From assembly GCA_000388065.2 (NCBI GenBank), contig KB932202.1: 63,156 nucleotides of DNA. One strand, 5' to 3'. The translations under genes and the position numbers were made by a program. Below, piece after piece: positions 48,201 to 60,660 of this stretch; position 1 is the first letter of the stretch; each line of letters opens with the position of its first letter. Under the pieces are notes generated by a model. It searched no databases, had not been told where the DNA came from, and saw only the letters and a list, made by a program, of their open reading frames with translations. This stretch comes from Fonticula alba ATCC 38817 (lineage: Eukaryota > Protista > Nucleariida).

Positions 48201-51200
48201 CGAAGTCCTGGATGAAGTGCGTCAATGGGTCCACCGGAATTTCCCTGTGCAGGGTCCGAAGGGTGGGCAGCATGGACTTGGGGACCGGGGCCCGGGCTTG
48301 TGCCAGCGGGTGGTCTGGATTGGCCAGCAGCCTCAAGGTATCCAGGCATCGCGTGCCGAGAGTATCCAGTGCCGACACCACCTTCGCCGACCAAGACTGA
48401 GAGAGGGTCAGCTCCCGCAGGCGTTGTTGTCCGATGGCTGTGGCATCCATCAGCATCTGATCCGTCAGGCGAATGGCCAGCTTCAGGGGATGAGAGGGGC
48501 TCTTGGTGTCCGCGGCGAGGGGGGCAGTCCCGGCCGCGGCGGTCATGAGGTTATCCACATGCTGCAGGCAGGCAAAGCGCCGACTACTCGGGCAGAACAC
48601 CGCCGAGTGGAAGCAAAGGGAGCTTTTCAACGGGCGCCCCAAGGCGGAGGTCAAAAAAAGGAGGGGAGAGGTGGATTGAGAGTAGAGAGAGGGAGAGAGA
48701 GGGAGAGAGAGCGGATGAGGGAAGGGTGGTGGGGGGCCCCCGGTCAGACGGCAGCATTGATAGCATACACACACACACACACATAAAAAAGGGGACAGGG
48801 AGGAGTAACACGGAAAGGGAAAGAGAGAGAGAGAGAGAGACAAGCGAAGCACGACGGGGGAAAGGGGGCTTTGCGCACAGGCAGAAATGGCAATGGGGGT
48901 CCTCGCCGAGAGCGGAGGTCGGGGCGATAAGCGTGGCCGGGAGGCCCTTCTGCGGATCCGGCGCCGGACAGAACGTCGGATCTAGCCCACTCAAAGAGAC
49001 CAACTCAAGTCCCTGGGCAAGGAGGGCCCGGCGCCGGGTGATCTCCTGGGTTTGGGTTTTCTCGAAATCGCGCACGAGGCTGTGCACACGGTACCATGGA
49101 TCGCAGATGCAAGGCAGCTGGTGAGGATCATCAGCCGTTTGACCGGCAGCAGGCGCAGAGGGAAGGCCACATGCAGACGCACAATTCATACGACGAAAGG
49201 GACCGACCCATGGCCGACGACAGGAGGCCAAAGTACGTGAGCCGGTCCTGCGAGAAAACCGGCGGGATCTTGAAGAAGCTGTACTTTTCCTGGCATTCGC
49301 GACCGAAGGGGGCCCAGTCGGGAGGCAGGAAATTCACCGCCTCCGCAACATTGAACCCCTGGTTGAAGCCGGAGTGGTAGGCCCGCGGCAGGGTCACGAT
49401 GAATTCCCCCGGACGCTGGTGCGCGTAGGACACTTGCACGCCATTTTCCCGCAAGACCGATGGGCTCAGGATGGACACCAGGTCGAAGAGCTGGTTCGGG
49501 TTCTTGTTGAAGACCTCCGGCGACTCTTGCTTCATCAGGCGTTCGAACACTGGGTGCGGGGGGTGGGCTTGCGTCAGTCCAGTTGCACGGGAGGGGGGGG
49601 GGTCTCGCGCGCGTCGCACGTGTGCACAAATCGCGCATATAGGCAGGTGTGTGTGTGTGTGTGTGTGTGTGTTTGCCGATGTATCCACGGGCGAGGTGCG
49701 AGGGGAGGGGGGGGGGGGGGGGGGGCAGCAGGCGCAGGTGGGGAGGAAGATGAAAAAGAGGAGCAATGACCGAGCAAACGCACTCAGCGCATCCGAGGAG
49801 GGAATGCCATACCAGGTTTTGGTGGCGCCGAAGTGATTGAAATTGATCGAATAGGCATCATGGTCCTCGGTGTGCCAGCAGAAGGCCGAGAAAAGCATGC
49901 CGATGTAGACCCAAGGCTGGGTGACGCCGGAAATGTGCCTGCACATGGTCGTGCCCATGGCGCCCAGGGGACAGTGCAGGCGGGAGAATGGACACCAGGT
50001 GAGGAGGACCAGTCAGTCGACTGCCAGGGAGGGCTGGGCACGCTTTTCCGTCTTTTTTTTTTTGCCATAATCAAAAAACACGATTGTGTACCCATTGAGA
50101 TAACGCAGCAGGGAGCCCTTCTGGGTGGAAAAGCCCGCGATGTCCCATGGGATGGGATCCGGATTGGCGGGGCCCGGCTCCGGCAGTTCAAAGTCAGCGC
50201 CATACTCCACTTCCAGGAAGCCATCCGAGTCGCCGACATGCGACCAAAACTCCGTTTCCAACAGCGCCGGGTCAGCCTCGATGGCAGTCTGCTCGATTTT
50301 GTGCTGCGTCGGCGCGAAGACCACCAAGGGCAAGAGGAGACGGTAGGGAGAAGGAGAAGAGGAGCAGGAGGGATGGAAAGAAGAAAGATCAGCGAGGGAA
50401 ACAATGCAGCAGGCTAGTGGAGGCATCAAGTCGACATGGGCACGATTCTCCACCCCCCCCCCCCTGGTTCTCGGCCGCGTGGTCACTCCGCCCTTCCCTG
50501 GGAGGATGGACGGGTGTGAAGCGATGCCGGACGAGCGGGGAAGGGTCGCACCATGCGAAGGTAATTCCTCATGAAGTTCTCCGAAAAGCGTTGGAACCTC
50601 TCCAGAGTATAGTTCGACCCCTCGAGGAACCCAAAGGGACTGTCTGTACGGCCGTCGCATGGGCAGCCAGAGGATGGGCGCCAGATTGATCGTCGGGGAG
50701 GGAGGATGTGGTCAATGCGAAAGGCGAGCCAGGGAGGCGTAGATGGGAGATGAGGACACAGGGGGGGGGGGATGGAAACCGGCACATACCCGGGCGTTTC
50801 AGGCACAGGGGACAAGACCAATCATGGGAAACGACGATCGGAGTGCTGCGGTTCGGCCCGGAGAACTGATACTCATCTGGCAGGGAGGACCCAACAGCCA
50901 GCAGACAGCCGGCATGGTAGCGCTGCTTGCAATCGAAGCACTCGACCTGCCGGGAATCCGGGAACACCAGGAGATCGGAATTCAAATCGTGGCTGACATC
51001 GACGACGACCTTCGGACGCTTGGATGACCGCGAGTTGCTGCCCAGGGGGTCGCTCGACGAGGAAGCCAGCAGCCCATGCAAACAAAGAGCCCGCGGCCGG
51101 GTCAGGGGAAACTGGCGCGGATGATGCAGCAGCCCGGCCTTCAGCCGGAATGTGGATTGACACAGGCTGCAGGTCTTGTCGAGAATGGGACTGCCGGTCG

Positions 51201-52157
51201 AGGAGCCGGACCCGGGAGACCCCGATTTGATGACGCCAGACGTGGCAGCCGGGCTGGCGGCTGCGACTCCGGCCCCCTCAGCGGCTAGCAGATCCTTGGT
51301 GGCGGACAGATAATAGAGGAACGGAGAAATCCAGGTCTCATGAATGTTATATGCGTGCTGCATGATCACCAGGAGTTCCTCCGCCCCTTGCATGTTGTCC
51401 GGCGTGGTGGGCGGGACCAGGCGCGATGCGACATTATGCCAAGCCGAGTGGCGGATGGGCTGGAGAATGAGCACGCCAGGGGACAGTCCAAGCGGGAGGG
51501 GGTTTCCCGCCGCGCCGGCCCCCGGAGAAGGGACACGCATATCACACGCAGTGAGCACATAAGCGCACGCAAAGAGAGAGAGAGAGAGAGAGGGAGACAG
51601 AGGATGAGAGAAGAAAGGCGAGCGGAGGCAAAGGGAGGAGGAGCAGACGGAGGGAGCAGAGAAGCCAGGCAGCAGGGCGCCGGCCGGCCGCCAGCGCCAT
51701 CGAGAGTGTATGCACCTTGCCAAAGGCACCGAACTGCTCGACCAGCGAATGGAGTGTCCACAGGTCGATGGTCACATTGCAGCTGGGGATCCGCACAGAC
51801 ACCGGGCATTGGGGCCGGCTGAATGCACAAAAGTAGACATCCGCGCTGCGGGGATCCTGGGTCCGATCCACAGTCAAGCCCCCCTGCAGGAGGGTGGAAT
51901 GGTCGGACTGGGAGAAGCTGAATCGCTGGGCATGGCCGCACAGCGGCGCATCCGGCTGGAGATACTGCCGCGAGATGCACAGATGCGTGCCATTGTACCA
52001 GTAGTCGCGAATTGCCTGAAAGAAGAGGTTGCGCGCGCGAAAGCGGATGTTCAGCATGCTGAGTGTCTGCTTGCGCGTCAAGAAGGTCTGTAAATGTGTG
52101 TGTGTGTGTGTGCGAGAGAGAGAGAGAAGGGGCACGGGAAAGAAAGGGAGAAAGAGT

Positions 52158-52201
<44 letters not shown>

Positions 52202-52742
52202 GTGTGTGTGTGTGTGCGTGTGTGTGGACATCTGGCGGTTGTCGGGATAGCGACAGACGGTGCGGACAAAGTGTCCCCCGCTGTCGACACAACAGTCGCA
52301 CCGTCTTGAACAGGCGGCCCAGCAGGCGACTGCTCGGGGTCGGCACCAGCTTCCCATTGTGCATGGTGCTCAGCCGGGACAGCTCTTCGAGCGGCAGCGA
52401 TGACGGGGCGAACTTGGCCGTCCACTCCGGCGGGGGGACGATCTTCAGGATGCCAGCTCGCAGGACCGTCGGGTCCTGGCGAATGGAGTCAATGTAGGCC
52501 AGCGGGTCTTGAAAGTCCTCCATGGCGGGGAAGAATTCCGGGGCCTTAAAGCAGTTGAAGGGCCCGCTGCCGAGATTCGACCGGTCCGACGGGGTGGCAT
52601 GCGTGACTTCGGCCGTCGACCGGGTGTGGTCGCTGGATGGCTCGCCAAAGTGCGACACACGCGTGCGTCGCCGACGTCTAACCGACGTGTCGGTCACGGA
52701 TGGCATCTGTCGGCTGGATTTGGAACCCGGTGAAGTGACCAT
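45208..52742 (-). CDS. KDM5: KDM5/JARID1-family histone H3K4 demethylase (JmjN-ARID-PHD-JmjC-C5HC2-PLU1-PHD)
   Basis: Jmj[31 protein letters not shown]; [30 protein letters not shown]; [22 protein letters not shown]; Jmj[55 protein letters not shown] with the HxE..H iron ligands intact; C5HC2 [19 protein letters not shown]. Introns are 52300-52088, 51715-51460, 50789-50644, 50531-50304, 50091-49939, 49783-49550, one uncertain at about 49236/49190-49080, 48878-48623 and 47956-47645. It ends in TGA at 45208. Confidence 0.93.
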
Positions 52743-54442
52743 CCACCCGGAGGTTGTGGTGGCCACGGGCGCGGAGAGGGGTGAGGGCCGGACCGGAGAG
52801 GAACTGCGGGCGGGGGCGGGGAAAGGGGGAGAGAGAGAGAGAGAGAAAGCGGAGGGAGGAGGGAAGAAAAGGCGGGCCAGCCAAGATGAGAGGGGGGATG
52901 GAGGGAGGCTGGCGGGTTCTTCAGTTCTCGGAGCAGGGCCGTGTCGCCATTTGGATTTTACTGGTTGTCCACCTGCCAGTGCCCGGGAGGGGGGGGGGGG
53001 GAGAGAGGGGAATGGCACGCAATTTCCATGGCGTCCCTGACCCAAGGCGTAGGCGGGCCCGCACACACACACACACACCCGTACCTGGACATTGACGCGC
53101 ACATTCACAAGTGCGCGCGTGCGCGCGCGCGCGTGTGTGTGCACATGTGCCCCCAGGTCGAGCGAGGCTCAAGCACAAAGGGGGCAGATCCCCGGCCGGA
53201 CAACGGACAGCCCGAGGCCGTGGTGCGGCCACAGGCGCCCTCGGCCCTGCCTGGGGGTGATCGTCCAGCACGCAGCAGCCACAGGTGCCGGCGCATGGGT
53301 GCGCCGGTGTCTCCCGTGGCGAGGAGGTGCAACCCCCCCGTCGCCATGCCGGGAGGGGGGCGGAGGGGGAGGCGGGCATTCTGAAAGGCCTCCCTGGGGA
53401 AGGGGCTCCCGTCGTGCCAGCCAACCTGGCCCGATGCACGCCAGTTCGGTGGCGACGGAGAGGAGACATGAGGTCCTCCTCGCCCTCTGCCAGATGGCGT
53501 TCTTTCCCGGTTTTTCCCCCCCCTTGCCCTTCCCCTTGGCGAGTCTCCCCCCCCCCCCGCCCCCGCCCTCCACGGTTAGGGTGCCCCCTCCCTCTGTGGA
53601 GAGGCCGCCAGTGCCGGGTGCATCTGAGGCGCGCCCACACGGTCTCTCCGGCTCGGCCACCGACAAGAGGAGACAAGAGGACGCCCACACAAGCCCGGCC
53701 GATGCACACACACGCACACACACGAAAGTCCCCCCCCCCCCTCCTCCCCCACACCCTGGCGAACGCCGGCACAGGCGTGTCCCAGGCACATGCCAGCCGC
53801 CTCCGCTCAGGGTCCATAGCAGGCGCGAGTCCACGACACCGAGGGCGCGGGGCCGGGGCAATCGTAGTGGCCCGCCGGCTGGGAACTCGGAACTGTCAAA
53901 AACAAAAAAAAAAACAGAGCCACCCGCACAAAGCAGCACCAGTGAGTCCCCGGTTCCGCGAGTCCAGCGGCGCCGGCCAAGCCCCAAGGCCCCGCTGGCC
54001 GCAACCCCCGCCGCCCCATGTCAGACCCCTCTCACCGAGCGTCCAATCACTGGCACCTGGGCCGCTGGCTGGAAGGCCAGAACGCCCCAGAGCGACCGCC
54101 CACGGCAGGGATGGATCACGCGACCGCATCACACGGCGACACCCTCTCCAGAACGATCGATGTTACATCGGCATCTAGTCCTCGGCGGGTTATGGGGAAG
54201 TATGCTCCGGTGGACGCGCGCGTGGGCACACGATGTGCCGTAGCTACGCTCGCCACGCCTGTCTCCCGCCCCCCCCCCCCCCCCCCCCCGAGCCAGCGTG
54301 TGTCTGGGGAAGACACTTGCGCCAGGCGGGGGGGGGGGGCCAAAGAGAGGCCGAGGACAAGGACATGGACATGGGGCTCGTGTCCCGGCGGGGGATGATA
54401 TGTGCGCATGGCCATGTCTCTGTGGCTTCCCCACGCACGAAG

Positions 54443-57400
54443 ATGGCTCGGGGAGATCCTCTCCCCGCCCGCCTGCCCGCCCGCCGACTCCCCTCCCGTC
54501 TCAGGATCCAGCACTGGCGGCCGCCCTTCGCCAGTGGGAGCAGGCCCGAGCCCCAGCCAGGCAGGACAAAACGCCGGCCATCCCAGGGCCATCCCCATGT
54601 GGGGAGTATGGACAGTACCCCTCCTCGACTCCCCCCCCCCCTGCCTCCCCTCTTGATGTTGCTCTCTCCCCTCCTCTGCGCCTTCCTCAACCTCGACCTC
54701 TGCCCTTCTCGCTCCTTCCACTCTTCCCGCTCCTTGTGTCGGTTGCCAGCGTCCACCCCTCGCGCTTGCCTGGCCGACGCAGCGCGCCTCGCACCCCCTC
54801 CGCTGTGGGCGGCCGGCTGCGTCTGCTGCTCGAGCCGCGCGCGCTCCCCTCCCCCCCCATCGCCATCTCTCCGAGCCATCTGCCCCTCTGCCTGTCCCTG
54901 TTCCCGTAGCCACCACAGCCAGGGCCAAGAAGGGCCGGCGCCGATGGCTCTCCGCCACCGTCGCCGTTGCCGTCGCCGCTGCCACTGCCTCAGCCACCGC
55001 CGTCGTTGTCACTGCCATGATCCCCCGGGCCCTTGTGCGTGACTACGCCTATCGGGAGGTGCTTGGCCGGCTGGCACTGCGGCATTCACCCTCGCACGTG
55101 CGCCACTCGCCGAAAGTCGTGTCCGATACCCGGTCCTTGGGCATGCAGCTGCTGATAAGCCGGCGACTCCGGGGCCGGGAGCCGTCACATGCTGATTCCG
55201 GGTCCCTGGCCCCTGCTGGCGCCGCCGCTGGTCGGCGCCGGCCCCTGCTTTGGTCCTACTGGCAAGTGGAGAAGTGCAACATCTCCGCCAGCGAGGTGCT
55301 GGCCCGGCTCTGCGCACATCTTGGCTCGCGCCCGGACTGGGACCCCTGCGCCATGACCGCCCACTCGGCTCTCCCATCGCGAGAGGACGTGGCCGCATCC
55401 TCCCCGGCCGGGGGCCCCGCCCGGCAGTCGCTCGATCATCTGTCCCTGCTGGAATCCGATGAGCTCGCCCACCCCGGGCGGGTATTGCGCTCGGTGTCCA
55501 CCGGCTCAGGCTGCCAGGAGCTGTGCCCTACTGTCGGGTCCCGGCAGCCGGCCCCGCCGGCCCTGCAAGTCCGCTGCCCGATGCTGTATGCCGATGTCAC
55601 CGAAAGCTGGGGCTGCTTCCATGTGTCCATCCTCCATCCCTCCTTCGAGCATGCCCTCGCCTGCCCGGAGTCCTTTGTCTTCGGGGATCTGTACGGCGTG
55701 CCTCCTTCCTTCCTTCCCCCCCCCCCCCCCCCCCCCCGCCCTGCCCTGTCTCTCCTTCCCCCTCCCCGGGCCCTCACGCACCGGGAGCGCCTTCATGCGA
55801 CTTCATGTCTCACCTCCTCCTCCTCCTATCCTCTCTCTCCCTCCCTCCCTCCCACCCGCGTGGCGACAGGAACACCCTGCCGACCTTGCGCGCAGGCCTC
55901 GGCCGGGTGTCCAATCCCCGGTCCGGGGCCGAGCTCGAGGCCATCCTCGAGGGCAAACACCACGGCCCCAAGGCCCCGCGCCAAAGCGAACCCTGGATGG
56001 AGGAGCAGGTGGAGCCGCTTTTTCATGCTCGACACCAGGAGACCGCGGTGGCCTTCGCGGCCCGGAGGCTGGGCTTCAGTGACCGTGGGCTTACGGCAAA
56101 CCAAATCCGGCATGTGTCCTACCGGGTGACGGCGCGGGGCATTCGCGCGCCGGGGCTCATGGAGTTCGACAAGAATGCCGGGCTCCGGTCGGACGCCCTG
56201 CTACAGACGGTGGCCAAGAACATCCGCGACCTGTCGACTGCCTTTGCCCCTCCGGATGAGGGCCATGTTGCGGCCTTGTGCTCCGAAGCCGGCCCACGGC
56301 CCGTGGACCGGTCCTTTCACATGCGCCATCAGGCCCCGGCTCCGGCCGAGTGGACCACCACCTCTTGGCAGCTGGCCCATGGGCCCCTGGTCCCGGGGCC
56401 CTTTTCCCCGGACTTCTCCCAGGCCCTCACGACCGAATCGCTGCTCGAGGGCCGGTATGACCCGGTGATGGAGCAGCGCAATCGCGACCGGCTCCACCCC
56501 TCCCGGTGGATTCCCCCCGAGCGGGCGGTGCTTGTGCCGAACCTCTTTTCCGCGGCTTTAATCCAGCCACCGGGAGGCCCGGCCCCGGCCGGCGGCCGAG
56601 CCGGTCAGGTGGCCCCGCTTCCCACCCCCCCGGCCCCGAGCCCGAATCCGACAGCCACCTCACATCCACACGCCAAGCCACCTCCAAATAAGCATGCGCG
56701 CCAGCGGGCGCACTCGCCTGGCAGTGCCTCCGCCGCTTCCTCCACTCCCGGGGGAGCTTCCTCCCCGGGGAAGGGCGGCGCAGTGGGGGATTTTTGGCGC
56801 CAGCATCGGGCTGCCTGGCTGCCATCCTCGGCATGTGGAGCCCCGACTCCGGTTGCCCGGCGGCTGAACATGCTCCCCCATGGGGCCCGGCTGTCCTCCG
56901 AGGCGGGAAGCTCCATCCAAGCGGCGGCCCTGGTCCGGGGGGATTACTTCCATGCGGTGCGCGATGCCATGCTCGGCGACACGGCCTACCACCAGACCAT
57001 CAGCCCGCCGATGGCGGACATCTTCCGGGCTGGGATCCTCTCTCGGCGCTTGGCGGCCCTCGGCCCGGCACCCTACTCCTCCTTCTCGCTGGTGGATCAC
57101 ATTCCCCCCTCTCCCGGGGACTCGTCACTTCGGGATCTGCTGGGCGAGTGCATCGCCCGGCATTGGGGCAATTGGCGGCGCGTGGCGTCGGAGTCTGTGC
57201 GCGTTGAGGGGGGGCTTTTTCGCGAGCTGCGCCCCTTTGCCCCCGGCGGGCCTGGGGATTTCGACGACGTTGCGGCTGCCATGGCCGAGCCCAGTGCCGG
57301 GCCTCATCGTGGCCCCCGCGCTCGTCGGCCGGCCACCCGAATCGGAAGCATGGCCTCCGGCAACTTCCAGCCCATGGTTCCGGAGGCGGTTCTCATGCCT

Positions 57401-58926
57401 CGGTCTTTGGATGCGAACAAGCGGCAAATCCTGAGCAATCTGCACATGCTGTCGGCCGAGCTGAGCCTCCCGTCGAATGTGCCCACACAGGAGCTCCAGC
57501 AGAGGGTCTTCCGCCAGGCGTATGATGCCATTCCCGGGCGCCTTCGGCGACAGCATCTCCAGGCTCTCGGGGCCGCGGTGTGGAATACCGCCGCGCAGCG
57601 TCTCGTCCGTCGACTGTTTCTGGATGGCACGCCATTGGCTGCCCCGGGTCCTTGGACCCCTGGCCCGGGGAGGAACTTCACCCCGGCCGTGGACCTGCCG
57701 GCGCTGGCGGAGCTTCTACGCCCGGAAGACCGGCCTCCGATCAGTCGGTCCCCGCCTCCGGCCCCGGATGGCGAGGCGCCAGTGGATGCCTGGTGCTGGG
57801 GGCTGCTGGAATTCGGGCACGCCGGGCCGCATGCCATTCGCTCGTACCGGGGGTTGGTCTTGACGCCGACAATCGAGCGTGTGGCCAGCCTCCTGCCGCC
57901 GCTGGTTCCCTGGGCCGATGGCCCGCCGCCTGCCGACTGCCTGCCCTTGCCGGCCCCCACGGCGCCCTTCTACCTGCCCGGGCCTCCGGGCGTGGGGGAG
58001 GAGCTTCGGCCGTCGTCGGCGCTGGCCGCCGCCGCGCGGCTGGAGTTCATCGAGAGATGCAAACATGCGGTGGCCTTCCTGCTGTCGTTGCGTGCTCCAA
58101 CCCCGGGGTCCGGCATCGGCCAGGCCCTGGCGGCCTTGGCTGCGGACTCGCCAGCCCACCTGCCGGATCAGCTGCCAGACCACCCGGATGACGGTGCCGG
58201 TGCCGGTGCCGGTGCCGGTGCCGGCGCCGGCGCCTGGGATGCGGCCATCCATGCGGACTTGGTGGACGAGCTTCGTGTACGTGTCGCATGTGTGCATGCA
58301 CATCTGCGGGCTTGCCTCCGACCTCCCTCGCGCGTCTGCTCCATTTCCCTGCCCGATGCTGACTTTGCCGATGTCTGGATTCGCCCCCCCCCCCCTCCCG
58401 CCGTCTGTAGATCGCCGGGCTCAACCACATCGACCAATTGGATGCCACGATGCAGCAGCACCTGCTGTCAGATCCCACCTTTGATCCGCTGGTGTCGATA
58501 CCGCGGCCGCTTTTTGTTGAGGCTCGAAATCTACGTGTGGCCGCCGCGCCGGCCATCGTCGATGGGTCGCTGAGCAACGCGGCTGGCAGCCGCCTGGCCA
58601 CGCCGCTCTTTGCCGAGGACAGCGCCATCAGCCCTTTCGACTTTGATGTGACCTTCAGCTTTGATGTTCCAGCCGAGGCTGATCCCCTTGCCGTGGTGCA
58701 TCCCCTGCTGGCCGGCCTGCTGGCCGAAAGCTTCCCGCCGTTCATCAACCACCGGCGCACGGCGGGGCGCCAGCGTGCGCGCCCAATCGTGGAAGCCCCC
58801 CCGGCCGAGCCCTTGCCATCCGCCGACTCGCCGGATGCCTGCCAGGGGAGCAGCAGCTCCGATGAGCCATCACCCTCGGCCGGTCAGTTCAGCACTCGAC
58901 GTCGACACTCTCGGGCCGTCCGTTAG
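54443..58926 (+). CDS. Hypothetical protein of about 1300 aa
   Basis: Long open exons 54910-55690, 55870-58276 and 58411-58926 are joined by phase-consistent introns (GTACGG..CAG and GTACGT..TAG). The first exon, from ATG 54443 to the GTACCC donor near 54616, is tentative. I recognise no domain. Confidence 0.65.
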
Positions 58927-59384
58927 TCAGCCTCCCGCTCCTCGCGTCCCGCCCCCCCCCCCCCTATTCTTCATTTTACCCGATTGGGCCCCTTTTAGAG
59001 GCAATGCTTTCCGTCAGCCGCACAGGGCGACGCAAGCGACGCCACCTCCCCCTGCCCCCATCCCCGCCCCCTCCCTCTCTCTCTCTCTCTCCTTCTTTCT
59101 CCCCCCTCCCCCTTGACCCCTCCCCGCCCTGGGCCCTTGTCTCCTCATCCTGCGGTCGGTCGACCTGAAGCGCTTGTCCTTTTTTTCCCCCTCTGCGCTT
59201 CGTAGACTTAGATCGGCCGCACCGACAGGCCCGGGGCCTGTCCTTGTGAAAGCGCTACCCCCGCTGCCTCGGGAATACACTGAATGTATGTTGATGCTGC
59301 CCTTTGCTTGCTCTGGCTCCTGGGACCGGGAAGCGATCTCCATGGGGAGAAAAGCGTGTGCATGTGTGTGTGTGTGTCTGCGGT

Positions 59385-60660
59385 TTATTCAAGAAGGGCG
59401 CCAAGGGTCCGCCAGTCGTGCCACAGGGCCCGGGCCTCGGCTGAGCCGGAGTGCGCGTCAATCAGAGCATTGGCAAAGAGGCCGCTCTCGGAGTCCAGTG
59501 CAAGGGCAGCAGCAGCTAGAGCCTGGGCTTCGCGCTGCAGGAGGACCTCGACCCCATCCGGTGGTAGGCCGTCGGCTCCCGACGCCGGGGCACCATCCTC
59601 GGAAGCTCGGGAAGCCGCGCGGCCGATGGAATTCAAAAGGACTTCGCTCAGCCGGAGCATCAGCCCACCTATGTGCCCCAGCGAGCGTGTTAGTGGAAAG
59701 GGGAGAGAGAGAGAGGGAGGGAGAGAGAGAGTGAGAGGACGGATCGATGATGTGCACATGCGTGCCGGCGTGCGTGTGGCAGGAAAGGGCCACATGAATG
59801 AGGGGTCGGGTGGGAGCCTGAGGCGGGTCATACGCACCCTGATAGACGCTGGGCAGGTCGGCCGGGTCGACACGATCTCCGACAAAGCGGGCTACCTTGG
59901 CCAGGCGGTCTGAGGAGAGCCGGAGCTGCTCCAGCAGCTGGCGCGCCTCGGCCGCCCCCTCGGTGGACTTTTGGAGATAGCCGCCCGCCTGCTGGGAGAG
60001 GGCCAGTGGCCAGCCGAAGCGCGAATACCGGGATCGGTGCTCCGGCAGGGCGGTGTCCGGGCCCAGTTGCTCCGGCCGCAGGAGCAGGATGTCTGTCGAT
60101 TCGGTCGGGCACACCGACGCCGGGCCCAGGCGGCCACAGACGCAGCCCTCCGCGGCCGGACAGTCGTGCTCGGCCGACTCGGCTCGGAGGCCGAGCAGGA
60201 CCGAATCCTCCCCAGAGGTGTAGCGGGCCTGGAAGAGGCCGTCAGAGTGGGCGCTGGCCGTGATGTCCGATGTGTGGGTGGTGTGGCCCCATGCGTGGCG
60301 GCTGGCCAGCGTTTCGGCATACAGCGGCGACCGGGACTCCTCGTAGCCGGTGCTTTGGTAGAAGAGCCGGTCGGCCGGGCTGGTCCCGGCGATCGAGGCA
60401 CCCACCAGGTCCAGCAATTGCCCGGCAGCCTGGGCATCCTGGTCGGTGGCCGGCAGGTGGGAAATTTGCCGGAAGAGGGCCTGCTGGAAGTGCGACAAGC
60501 GCGGGCGCTCCGGGAAGGCTGCCCCATCGAGGCGCGCAAGCAGCAGCGATGCATTCGAGAGGCTTGTGGCCGCGCGGAGCAGGGCTCCTCGCATCTGGTC
60601 CATGTCGATGCGGGCCTTGTCGGCAGTGGTGGTGGCCAGCCCGGCAAGCGAGGTTGCCAT
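59385..60660 (-). CDS. Hypothetical protein, candidate divergent Mediator subunit MED27
   Basis: Exons 60660-59838 and 59668-59385 (intron GTGCGT..ACTAAC..TAG). The gene is well supported. The MED27 identity rests on remembered local resemblance at both ends (SHFQQAL, SPLYAETL..W, LWHDWRTL). Confidence 0.6.

Noticed and set aside
46252-48786. 844-aa plus-strand ORF, and similar long antisense ORFs such as 28666-29979, 146-1288 and 17504-18505
   Set aside because: These are shadow ORFs opposite real genes. They are expected from high GC3 codon usage and show no recognisable motifs.
58195-58232. (GGTGCC)n repeat as a separate element
   Set aside because: It simply encodes an in-frame Gly-Ala linker within the orphan CDS.
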